DNA from: Marsupella aquatica
Lineage: Eukaryota; Plantae; Marchantiophyta
NCBI GenBank assembly: GCA_973895155.1
Contig: OZ316897.1
Location: forward strand, 20,860,260-20,924,259
Reading direction: 5' to 3'
Length of the DNA: 64,000 bases
Below are positions 34,046 to 46,055 of this stretch, in pieces. The translations under genes and the position numbers were made by a program. How positions within the stretch are numbered: the first letter of the stretch is position 1; the number at the start of each line of letters is the position of its first letter. Under the pieces are notes generated by a model. It saw only the letters and a program-made list of their open reading frames with translations, was not told the origin of the DNA and did not search any database.

Positions 34046-37000
34046 TCAAAAAGGGTCCTCAGAAGCTAATCCAGTCTCCACAACTGGATCAGATAGGTAA
34101 ACCTCCAAATAGCGTACCTCCTCCAACTCAAACTCCAATGGCTCCAGAATCAGGTTGGAATCCAAAAAGTCTGACGTATACCCGTCGTCAGTTTGCGTCT
34201 CGCCCTTATGATCCTCAGTAGCCCAACTCACCACCACCTTGGGTTTACCAAAAGACATCTCTTGAGCTTTCCAATTTACCTGCACTTGGGCTTTATACAA
34301 CCAGGGGCGGCCTAACAAGACTGGAAAGCTGGAAGGTACCTCTGGACTTATTATCACATATTCCAAAGTAAATGGAACACCAGCAATCAGAGTATCTACC
34401 TTACTTAATTTTCCCGCGGGAACAACTCGAGATTGGTCCGCCATGCGCAGGATCTTGGGTGTTGGTTCAAACTTAGTAAATCCAAGATTAAATGCAGTTT
34501 GCTGAGTCATGAGGTTGACGCTGGAACCACCATCCACTGGTACTCTCCTCACAACACATCCTCGAATTTGTACGTCCAGCTCTGGTGATCCCTTATCCTC
34601 CCATTCCAAACGTAATACATCCACCTCTGGCAACTTACGCCGCCTTCGCTTTCCTGCCAACAATCCTCTCAATTGGCGTCTATAAACCGGGTTGTCTTGC
34701 AACAACTCACCAATGGTGATATGAGAAAGATGGCCCTTCACGTCTTCTACAATATCATATCCCTGTTGCTTTAACACAGGTCGTTCGGGCTCCTTCACCA
34801 CTGGCTTCTGAATTGAATGCGAGGTGTGATCTTTAACTAGTTCCTCTAATTGAGCTTTTACTTCTGAAGAAATGTCAGGTAAAAAATATTTGGGATCATA
34901 GCGATCATAAGCTGGGTCCTGATCCTTGGGTAGGCCTTCCTCAAATGGAGCTCGTTCCTTCAGCTTAGGTCCCTTCTTTTGGTGCTTCGCGACTGCTCGT
35001 TTCTCCTCTTTCCGCTTGGAACGAGTAGTTGCATAGGTATCCGTTAGAACTTTATCCCGGTCCTGAACTCGAGCATTAGGCATGCCCACCACCCCTGGCT
35101 TCACCAAGTGATCCACTAACACATCAGGAACAATTCCGGCCAGTGGTTGAGCAAACGTGGAGTGGCCTGTCACTTCCACTCTGTTCACATCCCCATGGTG
35201 GATCATTCCACAATGCTCAACCTCTTCAGAGTACACCATCCTCACTTTAGCCTCTGGTCTGATTGTCTCCTTGACAGGCTCTTGAGCAAAGCGAACCATC
35301 ATTTTTGTTTTAGGCGGATTTGGACATTCCACAGGCAAGTGCCCTTCCTTGCCACAATTTCCACATATAGGGGTGTATCCCTCTTCTCTCTTCGGATACG
35401 GACATTGCGGTGAGTAGTGGTCAGGCTGACCGCAATTCCAACAGGATCCTTTCTACCGTGGAGCTCCTCTAGGGGGGTATCCTCCTGGAGGTCCCATAGG
35501 CGGCCTGGAAACAAGTCTGTTGAAGGCAGGTTTTGGCGGTACCCAATTATTCATTGGTGGAGGGGCAGGTGGGAAATACTGACCTCCTGGTGTTGCCTGA
35601 ACTGCATATGCCGGCTCGTATTCGTAATCTTCTACCTCCTCCGGTCCTTCCAAGTAATTTACTGCCATACGCCAATTTGGGCACTCCGTCGGATAGTGCC
35701 CTTGCTGATTACAATGGGTACACCACATGTTTGTCCTCATGGTTGGTGGTAATCTTCGCACAGGTTTCACCGCAGCAATATGTACATTCAGCTTAGATAG
35801 CTTCCCGGTTATTTCCTCCATCATGCGATCCATTTTTTTCTGAGTAGAAGTCTTAGGCTCTACCTTCGAGGTTGACTTCTTCTTCTTGGAGGCGGACTGT
35901 TCCGAATCTGAACTAGAACTAGAGCTAGCGCTCGCACTAGTGCTTGAATCCGTACTCTCATCGTCTTCACTACTGCTGCTGTCACTATCGTCCTTCTCCG
36001 AATCAGATTTAGACTTTGATTTTTTCTTCTTTTTCCTCTTATCTTTCTTCAAGTCTTTCCTCACTCGCTTTTTCTCAGAAATTTCAGAATCCACATACTT
36101 CTGTGCTGATTCCTGAACTTCCTCCAAAGTAGTACCACCTTCACGCCTGACATATCGAGCAATTCGTGACGGCAATCCGTTGATAAACCAATCCTTCACA
36201 GTAGACTTAGATGTGGCTGGATTATATTGGTCCACCAAATCCAACAGTTTATCCGCATATTTCCTCACAGACCCATGTTTCTTCATGTGTAAATGAGAGA
36301 TCCTAGCAAAAGCTCGAGCGGCAGACCCCTCCTCTTTGTACTTAGCCAAGAAGGCAGCCTTCAACTTACCCCAGTCATGTTTATCTGGAAAGCGATCATA
36401 CCACTTTTGAGCTCTCTTCTTCATCAGTCCACCAAATAAATTAGCCTTTTCCGCATCTTGGCTTTGTCCATTTGAAGCTGCAGCAGCTTCAAATTCCTTC
36501 AAATAGACTTCTGCATCCTCTTTAGATGATCCAAAGAATCTATCATATCTCACATTGTTACGAGCCATTATAGTAGGACTTAGATTAGGGATGGGTAAGG
36601 CAGATCGGATGGCAAACGGATTAGTCCAAGTTTGAGGACTTAATACAATAGAACTACTAGATTCTGAACTACTGCCGGAGCTCTTCTCGCCTGAAGACGA
36701 CCCTTCTGATGAATTAAATGCTGTGAAGCCTTCAAGTTCTTCTAGAGTTGGATTCTGTTGTAAAATCCCTTCGACATCTGATGGTTTCCTTGAATGCTGT
36801 GGTGGACCAATCAACTTGGGTCCGGATCGCAAATTCACATATAAGGGTCTACTGGGTGCAGGATTTTCCAGAGTCCCTTGGGTTACCCTAGTCTGAATGG
36901 AGGTTACCTTCCTTGTCACACTTCCCGGTAAAGGGAATTCTGATGCTTGAAACTCAGACAGGAGGTCTCGAGGCTCCACTGCCTTGCTCGAGGATTCTGA

Positions 37001-37054
37001 TTTATAAGAAGCTTTCCTCCATTTCTTTTTGATTTGGCGAGCTTCCTCCGACAT
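34046..37054 (-). pseudogene. gag: Gypsy A gag plus protease, three CCHC knuckles, one in-frame TAG at 35453
   Basis: Retrotransposon gag core (AQKWY..WGKLKAAF..FINGL). Knuckles CTHCNQQGHYPTEC, CWNCGQPDHYSPQC, CGNCGKEGHLPVEC. Protease VDGGSSVN..LLGRPWL. All in one frame. Confidence 0.9.
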
Positions 37055-37108
37055 ACCTCATTCTTAGCAATAGTAAAACTTCTCTCCCCAGTTAATTGTC
37101 TTGCTACA

Positions 37109-37462
37109 TTACTGAATCCAGGTCGTACTCAGAAGTATTGAAGGAAGATGTGATTCATGAGGCCCCATTATGAAGAAATCCAGGTGGTACAGGCGATCAC
37201 CAATTTGAATAGGTACTACCCTCATCTCCCCCACAGGTTTAATCAATTGGCCATTGATCCAGAACTGTGTGTAAGTTGGTAAAATTGGTGCGAGAGCCAG
37301 ATTCTGAGCCAAACGAATAGAAAGCAAATTAATTCGAGAGCCCCTGTCTATTGAAACTTCCTTAATCAGGTATCCCGCCAATCTCACCTGAGATTCAAAA
37401 GAACTTTGGATGGCTCTTGTGAACACATTGGAGGGATGCATGGTAGCTTTGATTACAAGCAT
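37109..37462 (-). CDS. Second retropepsin-like (aspartic protease-like) ORF upstream of gag
   Basis: IDRGSRINLL..AQNL..PVGEM..IG..LDFFI..ILLSTTW is collinear with the element's own protease VDGGSSVNLM..AFNL..PAGKL..IAG..LEYVI..VLLGRPW. Confidence 0.75.
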   Translation of the reverse strand: MLVIKATMHPSNVFTRAIQSSFESQVRLAGYLIKEVSIDRGSRINLLSIRLAQNLALAPILPTYTQFWINGQLIKPVGEMRVVPIQIGDRLYHLDFFIMGPHESHLPSILLSTTWIQ

Positions 37463-38395
37463 CTTTCAATGCCACTCAAATTTTGAGAAAACACCCACTA
37501 CAGATGGAAGCGGTCACCTTGGCTTTTCCCAAGGGGCATGCCTCTTGCACCTTGTGTCGAGGGATTCGAACAGGTATGTCCATTCAACTCTTGGGAATCC
37601 AAAGTGTCTGGAAACCCATTCAATGCCTTGGAGATCTTCTCCTGACCCCTCTTCATATCCTTCTTTGGCTAGGTTTACCGCAGCACTTCCTATCTCCTCC
37701 TCCTATTGGGCCCCATTTCACCTTGAAGCATTGTACTAGCCAATTCCGAAATAGAAATTACAGTATATCTCTCCTGAGTAATCCTACCATTTAATCTCAG
37801 CATTACCAAATGCAAATTCAAACCTTCCCACCATATTATGGACAGCCAATGAACTCCCCTTCTACCCCTCACACTTAACACCCATGTTTGCACATATTGA
37901 TTATGCAAATTCCTAACTCGTAGGGAGCCTAATGATCTAATGGGTGGGGGCATTCTTCAAGAATCCTCCACCCCTAAGGTTGGCTTACAGCCTAAGTATC
38001 TCAATAATTTTTAGCATTGGCTCTAACACTTATCCTAAACAAATTGATCTCTTCAATAAAAAGGGTAAAACTCTTTCCAAACTTCACCTATAATCCACTG
38101 ATTATCTTAATCTCGATTCCTACACACAGAAATCTCTTTCTTCACATGGAAATCAAGCACCCTTGAGGCTATCCTTTTTGGCCTTAATTTCCTTCCTTCT
38201 CCTTCTCCTATTAAGGAGGGCTTCCTCCCTCATCATCTCCCGGAAAGCTTCCGGGGCATTTGCTAGGGTGAAGGGTCGAACCTCCAGCAGCTGGATTGGC
38301 CATTGTCCTGAATCTTCCATTAAGTAACTCCTTCTGACCAATTCAATCTCCTCGGTTGGCATTCACTGCCTTGATATCAATCCATTCCATACTGT

Positions 38396-38413
38396 TCCCC
38401 GGCAGCGGCGCCA
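38396..38413 (-). promoter_or_regulatory. Primer-binding site complementary to the tRNA-Asp 3' end
   Basis: TGGCGCCGCTGCCGGGGA, 9 nt inside the 5' LTR end; resembles the Athila-type PBS TGGCGCCGTTGCCGGGGA. Confidence 0.9.
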
Positions 38414-38422
38414 AAAATCATA

Positions 38423-40141
38423 TGTCGTATAGCCAAAAGAACAAAAAGGAACACTTTTTACATAAAGACTCGGAATACGATCCCTTTAAGAACAGATTTG
38501 GAAAGAATTGAATGAATTTATCTCTTTGAGTAATCTAAAGCTCTCAGCACATAGATTTCTTGTTTCTCACTAAAAGATCAAATAAACAAAACACCAAAGT
38601 AAATAAACTTCTGTCTTATGAGTCAAGAGAGAGTCAATTATGGTCTGAAAACTCTGATTAGCTATTGCCACTCCTTCAAAAAGGACTATGGTCTTAGAAT
38701 AGACATAAAACAAGTCGCATAACTCACTAATTTCTCTCTTGACTAAATAAAATTGCATGATAAGGAATTTCCAATTTGCTAAACAAGTATTGCTCTGGTT
38801 ACAAATGTAATGATATGACTTAAGATGCCGGCAACATAGTTTGACATCAGCGATACGCAATTCCGTCAAACACTAAATCATATTCCATAAACAAAGTAAC
38901 GGTACTGAATACTCTGAGAACCAAACTTTACTTCTCACATATCAAACAACAACTCTTGAATTAGCTAGCGAATCTTGACCCTTCAAGCAAGCCTAGCAGT
39001 GAATTCAATGTAAGTCACAGAAGTTTGTAACTGAATTCAAGTATCAAGAAATTTCTTGAATTCATAAATTCAAACATAAGTTTTACTTCCATACAAGACT
39101 TTTCTTGTTAAAATGGAAGGAGGGAAACTAACAGAAGTCTGATTGGAATTGTCCCCCCCTTGGTTCCGAATGGAAAAAACATGAGGTTTTATAAGTAAAG
39201 GTTCCCTTAACTGAAAAGGCATGACTTTTCAAACCTCATATATCTAAAAGACAATCCTAAAAGAAATAAAGAAATGCATTGGAGACTTAGTGGACGCTTT
39301 GTAGAGCGTCGGTGCTTTCCGGTAAAACTAATAAACAGTGGTGTTAATCTAATTTTAACTTCTAAACTAAAAGTCGGAATGAGCTGAGACTTTTCTAGAG
39401 TACTCTACTACATATAATCTCTATGCTGGTAAAGTTTCAGACTTCTATGAGGTCTCTAAGTGCCTCAAATAAATCGGTGAAAGTGGCACGGTGTTATAAA
39501 AGTGCGGAAATCAGAAATATTTCTAAGTGTCGGGAAGATAGTGGACGCTTCAAAAAGCGTCCAAACCCACAAAGGACTTTTGTGGACGCTTTAGAAAGCG
39601 TCGGCTGAATTTTGAGGTTTGGTCGCGGCGTTCGTCTTCCGGCCTTCAGGTGGGACGCTTCAGAAAGCGGCGAAGTCTGTCTTGGCGGACGCTTCAGAAA
39701 GCGTCGATTCTGCTTTGTCTTCGAACACGGTCGGACGCTTCACAAGGCGTCACTTCTCATGTGGACGCTTCAGAAAGCGTCTCATCGGACTTTGGGGTTA
39801 GCGGACGCTTCAGAAAGCGTCGTAAAGCATCCGGTGTCTGGTTCGAATAGACGTTTCACGAAGCGTCTTCTGTTCCGTGGTATCGGTGAAGGACGGCTCA
39901 AAAAGCGTCGTGGTTAAGGGGGTCGCATCTGGTTGGCAGCACACATGGACGCCTCAGCTGTCTTGAGGTTTATTGGCTTTGTAACTGGGGACGCTTCAGA
40001 AAGCGTCCTTAGTTAGACTAAGTGAGTTAACCGCCAAATGGAAAGTAGACGCTTCAGAAAGCGTCGTTTTTGCTCAAAAAGTTTGAAACGATTCAGATTT
40101 TTCTCTTATGGTCGTGTTTCAGCAAAAGTCTCCTTTCCACA
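38423..40141 (-). repeat. 5' LTR of gypsy A (1,719 bp)
   Basis: Direct repeat of 26313-28030. Confidence 0.97.
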
Positions 40142-40207
40142 AGCGCATTGTTCTTCCGACAGACAGAAGCCCGGGCTTTCCCGACATCGCCCACGAACTT
40201 CACGACA

Positions 40208-42567
40208 CCGTCATCACGTGTGCAGGTCAATGGCTTGATGTCCGAGACCATTGGGCTAAAGAGAGGTGTAAGACAAGGCTGCCCGCTTTCCCCTCTGCTA
40301 TTTGTTATATTGACCCAGCCCGTTATGGATCTCATGGATGCGGAATTAGCGGCTGGGAGACTACTGGGGATACAGATATCGGAGGAACTGACCCTCTGTT
40401 ATCGACTCTTTGCGGATGACTTGGGAATGCTGATCCCTGCTACAGAGGAGTGCTTCCACATGGCCACAATGGTGCTACACTGTTACAAATCTGCAACTGG
40501 AGCAAGACTCAATTTACGCAAGTCTGTGATCATACCATTGGCAATGGCTTCTATACCAAGGTGGTTGACGAATACAGGGTGTGTAATCAGCAAGAAAGGG
40601 GAGCTACAAAAGTATCTGGGTGCACCATTGGGGGTGGAGCTGCGGAAGGATCATTTACATCGCTTTGTTCTTGATAAAATTGGTGCACGCTTGTCATCTT
40701 GGGCCAACAAGCTGCTGTCATTCTCTGGGAGGATCCTCTTGATCAGGCACATCTTACAGGCGATACCCATTTATCATTCTATGTTCTTGAAAGCCTCTGA
40801 TGGCCTGGCAAGGAAATTGATAGCACTATGTCGGGATTTTCTGTGGGGCTACAACTCTGAAGGAGGCAGAAGGGTACCTCTGGTCTCTTGGGCTAGAATG
40901 GCTAGGCCTAGGATGGATGGGGGCCTGGGGCTGAAAGACTTTCGTTGCCACTCGGATGCTCTTCTCTCTAAATGGTTTACGGGAGCACTGGACTCCCCTG
41001 GCACGGAATGGGCCTGCCTCTTTGCAGAAAATCTGAAATTGGTTAGTTGGATGAATTTTAAGTGGATTAGGAGGAATAAGTATTCTTTCAGGGATAAAAT
41101 GTTGCTTTGCTTTCCACGATCATTTAATGGCCTTACATATACTAGAGGATTATGGAAAGCTTGGATGCAATTAAGACCTCATCTGATCTTTTCCCCAATG
41201 GATTTAATGCCTGGCAGGTGGAATGTAATGGATACACTACGCTGCCTTGAGGGCTTTCAATCGTGGCCTAATGCGGATTTTACGGCGGTAACAGTGCTCT
41301 GTGGACGCTTGGGCATACGCAGTATCCAAGATCTTTGGTCAGTTGAGTTGCAAACGTGGCGTGATTTGGTTGCACAACTGGCACACATTAGAGGGTTCTC
41401 TGCACGTGAGCGAGGCTGTTGCAGGGAGTTTCTAGAGAAGGTTACAGAGATTGATGGATGTTGTATGCACTATGTCACTGGAGCTCGATGTTGGCGATGG
41501 GCGGATCATCCGGCCCCTATGAATGCCTTTCGAATTACCAACAGGCGGGCTTACTCTCTACTTAGCCCTACTGTGGAGGATTTTCTTAGTCTGAATTGCA
41601 CTTGGGGCAGCACAAAATCGGTAGGTGAATGGAAGGCGACCTGGATTGGGCTGTGGAGATCCAATCTATCCTCACGGGCAAAAACTTTTGTTTGGAGAGT
41701 CCTAGCCTCCGGATTATTTACAGGAATCCGAGCAGCCCGCATAGGCAAGGGAGATGGATTTTTCAAGCTGTGTAGCGGTGTCACTGAAACCATGCCCCAC
41801 CTCTTTTCCTAGTGTGTGCATGCCCACAAATGTTGGGCATTAAGTGCTAGGTGCTTCCAAGGCACCTTTCCTGATTACTCGAGTAGGATGTTATCCATGC
41901 TGGATCTAACACTAGGTAGAGAACACAGAACAGTTGCAAATCTATTCATTTTTTACCAGATCCTCTGGTCATTGTGGTTAGGACGGAATGTACATGAGTT
42001 TCAGGCGAATGGCTGCAGGAAATTTGATCTTAGATTCCTATTATTGGAGGCAGCCGATCATGTTATTGCGGTGGGCTTGAGCTTGCCCCTGGGCAGGCGG
42101 CGCACAAGAATGATGCGTGTTAAAGAGCTTATTAATCAGGAGAGAGTGGTGTGGCTGTGTAGTCGTCAGGTTTGGATCACGTCTGGCTGAGGTCTTTTTG
42201 GATCTCAGGGACGAAGTATATTGTCGCCTTGGTTTCTGGCTGATGGCTCGGGCATTTGTGTGCAGTGCATAGCTGGTTAGTTTGCCTTGCTCTGTATTGG
42301 CCCTTGGAGGGCTCGGGTACAGGAGAGCTGTGTATAGCTGGTTAGTTTGCCTTGATAGATATTGGCCCCCTGAATTCTGGGCGTGCATGATATGCTTGGC
42401 TTGCTGCTGGCCCCCACTGTTGATTTGGGGCAAACACAATCTGCGTCACTGGCTGTCCTTCATATTGGATGTGGCTGTTTCTGGTTTTTTTGGTGCTGTG
42501 GGCTATATCCCCCTGCCACGGGGTCTTTCGTGGTTATAGTAATAAAAGAAAACAAACTTCAAGGAAA
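40208..42567 (+). mobile_element. 3' part of an L1-clade LINE (RT C-half, zf-RVT, 3' UTR); probably the continuation of LINE 1
   Basis: GVRQGCPLSPLLF, LFADD, KYLGAP, GGLG, C..ET..HLF..C motifs. Ends with the conserved 3' motif and CAAGGAAA. Begins right at the gypsy C LTR end. Confidence 0.9.
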
Positions 42568-43149
42568 GCAAACGGTTTGGCGGAGAGAGCAATTTATGGC
42601 ATTATTTGTAAGATTCTCACAAAAATTGTTTCAGCACACAAGAGTGATTGGGATATGAAGCTTCCGTCTGCACTTTGGGCTTATAGGACAGCACAAAAGA
42701 TCACAACCAAACGCACTCCCTTTTATATGGTTTATGGCATGGACTCCATTGTTCCTATAGAATTTAGTATACCTACTACACGGGTATTAGATGACAGAAG
42801 ATTACCTCCTGAGGAAAGTCAGCTCATTAGATTGGTAGAGTTGGAGCACTTAGAGGAAAATCGCCTCTATGCACTCACACACACTCATACTCAGCAACAT
42901 AATCGGAAAGTGAATTATGATAAGAAGCTGAAGCCGACCACTATTGAAGCTGGAGATTTAGTTTTACTTTATGACAACCGTTATTTAAAATTTCCAGGGA
43001 AACTCCACACTAGGTGGGGTGGACCCTATTTAGTTAAAAATGTTTGGGCTAATGGTAGTCTCCAACTTGCCACCACTGATGGAGACCTATTACCCACTAG
43101 AGTTAATGGTCATAGAGTCAAAAAATATACCTCCCAGAGGTTAGATTAA
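42568..43149 (+). pseudogene. Integrase C-terminal half of gypsy element B (5' part displaced by the LINE insertion)
   Basis: ANGLAER..DWDMKL.SALWAYRT..TPFY..GPY..RVNGHRVK; close relative of gypsy A integrase. Confidence 0.92.
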
Positions 43150-43170
43150 TGTCGCGTGGCCACTCCAATT

Positions 43171-43185
43171 ATGAGGAGGGGGTGG
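43171..43185 (+). promoter_or_regulatory. Post-pol polypurine tract of gypsy B
   Basis: ATGAGGAGGGGGTGG, ~20 nt after the integrase stop. Confidence 0.75.
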
Positions 43186-43622
43186 TATATGAAGTTGTAT
43201 CTTATAAGGAGTAGCAAGGTAGAAGTACTGAATAGAATAGTTTAAAAAAAAAATTGAAATTTTTAAAGTCCCCTATCTAGGAATGTTTAGGTTTAGTAAC
43301 ATGGAAAGCTCAAACCAAAGAGGAAAAGAAACCTTAGTAAAAACGGTAAAACAATTTAAGAAATTTATATGCCAGAAGTTGAATGAAGCAATCAAGTACT
43401 GAAACGCCAAGAAAGTACGAGCCTTGGTGATTTGAGGGAATCAAGAGAAGAGGAGGGACTATTCAGGTCCAGAATTTATCATTGCTATCGAAGGAACGTC
43501 GAGCGATTCTTGAAGGCAGTGGCAGAGTACTTTGAGCAAACGTTTTCTTCTTGGGAGTGGAAGCAATCTGATCCATTGAAGGGAGGCTTTTAGCAATAGA
43601 CGAGAGTTTTCTTGATCCGAGA

Positions 43623-46001
43623 TTGGGGAGAGCGATGGGAAAGGCAAAGATGGTTTTGATGCCACCTGATTTAGAGATCGTGGCGAATGTAGACAACTAT
43701 CGGAAAGTGGGGATAGAATCACTTGCGGATTTCCTTTGGGTGATTAGTAGCGCAAGTTTGGTGGATGAAATTTGGCTGCGGAATAGGACCTCGAAAGGGT
43801 TGAGCCCCAGGTTGGATTATACTACATTCAGTTTGAAGGTAGTAGCGGACTGCTATGGCATTTCATCTTTAGGTCTCACCCCTGAGGATTTTACGTCTTC
43901 CCGTCTCTTCCATGACATTTGCAAGGATCGATTTTTGAGTGCGTTTACAAAGGAAGGTTTCACGCCCGATTCTACTTATGATCCGGCACTTAGGGCAATT
44001 TTCTGCTTCATCGTGCTCATCCTTACTCTTGATAAGCCAAAAAGGATTACTCGAAAGCTAGCAACGATGATTATCACTGCATATGATAAGGGGAAGCCGG
44101 TCAACTGGGCAAGTCTTCTTTGGGACTCGTTTAAGCTACGATGCAAAAAGGTGAAGGATGGGATGGATTTCTTTATTTCGCCAATGTTGTATCATCTGTA
44201 TCGATCGGAGGGGAAACTGTCACCTATGGAACTCCAAGAATATGAAGAGGCCTTGGCCAATCGGTCACTCATGGAAGATCCGCCTTCAGCTGAGGATGCC
44301 ACTGACAGCGAAGAGGAAGATTGTGCTGAACCGATCGTCAAATCTGAAGTGATCGGCGACCGAGTGTTGCGGAAACGACAAGAGACAGTCAAATCGCCTC
44401 CTAGAGCATCAAAGATCAAGAAGAGAGAGGGGGCAATGCCGTTTGTAAATCTAGAAGGCGAAGAAGACATTTCCTGGATTGAAGCAAAATTTCGTGCTAT
44501 TATAGAGGAGTTTTGTAAGGCAAATTCCGCAAATGCTAAACTTGTGGAGGACTTGTCGAATCATTTTTCTTGCCCTTCGACTGACCTTCTTGATCACATT
44601 GACAAATTGCTAGTTCAAGTTGCTGCTGCCAATAAAGAGAAGCAGAACCATGATACAGAGACGAAGCGCTTGGAGAAGCAAATTCAAGAATTTGTCCAAG
44701 GAACTGTTTTGCCAGCGATTCAACATTCTATCGTACAGATCGGAGAAGCAGCTCAAACAATCGCTCTATCGACAATAGAACGACTCCAACTTGCGGCATT
44801 GACCTCTGAAGGGTGGCAGACTGATGAGAAGAGTTTGAGCCGGATTGCCACAACCATTACTAATCAGAAGGGACTTCTGGACCGGAAGTATGAAGTACTA
44901 TTCAAGGTGGTAGGCGAATTGAAAGATTTTGTTGACCACCGTCTTCCTGCCATTCCTCCACCCAAAATGATTCTTGAAGAGAGAACTCAGACAGAAGCAG
45001 TCATTTTACCTATCCGTAATGATTTGATTGTATTATCGTGTGAAGGGAGACAAGACTTAGAGCAATTTTCCCATGGGTTAATTCGTTTCATTACACCCTC
45101 GGTCAATTTCCTTCGCTACTACCATTTTCAAAAGTTCATGGTCTGTTATTATTATTGTTTACCTGACTATGAAAAGACCAAAAAGGTATCATTGACCCTA
45201 ATCTATAGTGTCTGGAGTAAATCCACTACGGATGCCCAAGAATTGCTAGCGTTTGCCTTACTTTTTGGAGACCTGCAGGTTGATGATCTTTCTCTAGCTA
45301 CCAGACTGCTTGGAAACCTTGCAGGGTGGGCTACTAAGTTTCAATGTGGCTATCTAGCCAAGTTAGATAAGCATCTTTCGAACTTGGTCGCTAGTGACAT
45401 TGAGATTCACTCTGGCTCTACTGTCAACTTGATACCAGACGTTTCCAATGGTTCATGTAATTTTGATTCCCTAATCCAGAAGCGGAGGGCGACTATCACT
45501 TTGGAGAGCCAGGTACTTTTGGAAGGCTTGAAGTCAAATCTTGAAGTTTTTTGAGAATAGGAAAGCCCTACAGTCTTTGACCGGATATAGCAAATCAGAG
45601 GTGATTCCGGATTCAGCATCAAAAAATTGGAGAGGGCGATTCTTGCATCAGCTCGAATTCAGATACTGCTTCTTACTGATGAAAAGTTTGAGTTGTCAGA
45701 GGAAATTCGCCGGTACTCCTGCCCTACCCCGATGATTGACCATGAATATGTTTTTGTTGCTAAGATGGTGGAAGACAATCAGTTGTTCAATCCTCCATTG
45801 GTTACTCCTGAATTTACTCAGCCTCAGTTTGAAGAAGACCAGGACTTATCTGAACCGATTCCTTCTGTTGAGCCTTTGCAAAACTCTATCTCTATTGTAC
45901 CTCAATCGCTTTTAATCAGGAATTATGAAGCGATTGTTTGCTCCGGCAAAAATACACCTTTCATGGGCAGCCCGCTGCTCTTTATATGGGGGATGCTCTA
46001 A
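43623..46001 (+). pseudogene. Gypsy B extra ORF (putative PMD-like domain plus coiled coil), 643 aa and an in-frame continuation after a stop
   Basis: GIESLADFLW..VVADCYG..KEGF..KPKRIT..VNW..ISPMLYHLY is homologous to the gypsy A extra ORF. 45627..46001 is in the same frame. Confidence 0.75.
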
Positions 46002-46055
46002 CCATGGTTACTTTTTCCCATGAACCATGGTTATATTTGCACTAACCTGGGTTAG

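Larger units (their letters stand above)
26313..40141 (-). mobile_element. Full-length Ty3/gypsy element A (Athila-like non-chromovirus features: tRNA-Asp PBS, two PPTs, 3' extra ORF, no additional RNase H)
   Basis: Two near-identical LTRs with TG..CA ends, TSD AGCGC (26308-26312, 40142-40146), and gag-PR-RT-RH-INT order. Confidence 0.97.
10865..40207 (+). mobile_element. 5'-deleted Ty3/gypsy element C (RT-RH-INT plus 3' LTR split by two nested insertions)
   Basis: pol domains, then PPT 13755-13767. LTR TGTCGTGG (13768)...TTCACGACA (40207) in three pieces: 13768-13791, 24656-26312, 40147-40207 (~1.74 kb). Confidence 0.85.

Noticed and set aside
38396-38413. tRNA gene
   Set aside because: Only the 18-nt 3'-end complement is present; it is a primer-binding site.
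40070-40207. N-terminus of the 580-aa ORF as a real protein start
   Set aside because: Chance open frame across two LTR ends; LINE RT homology begins only at 40208.
42469-42567. Signal-peptide-like start (MWLFLVFLVLW) on the integrase ORF
   Set aside because: It is LINE 3' UTR read in frame by chance; integrase homology starts at 42568.
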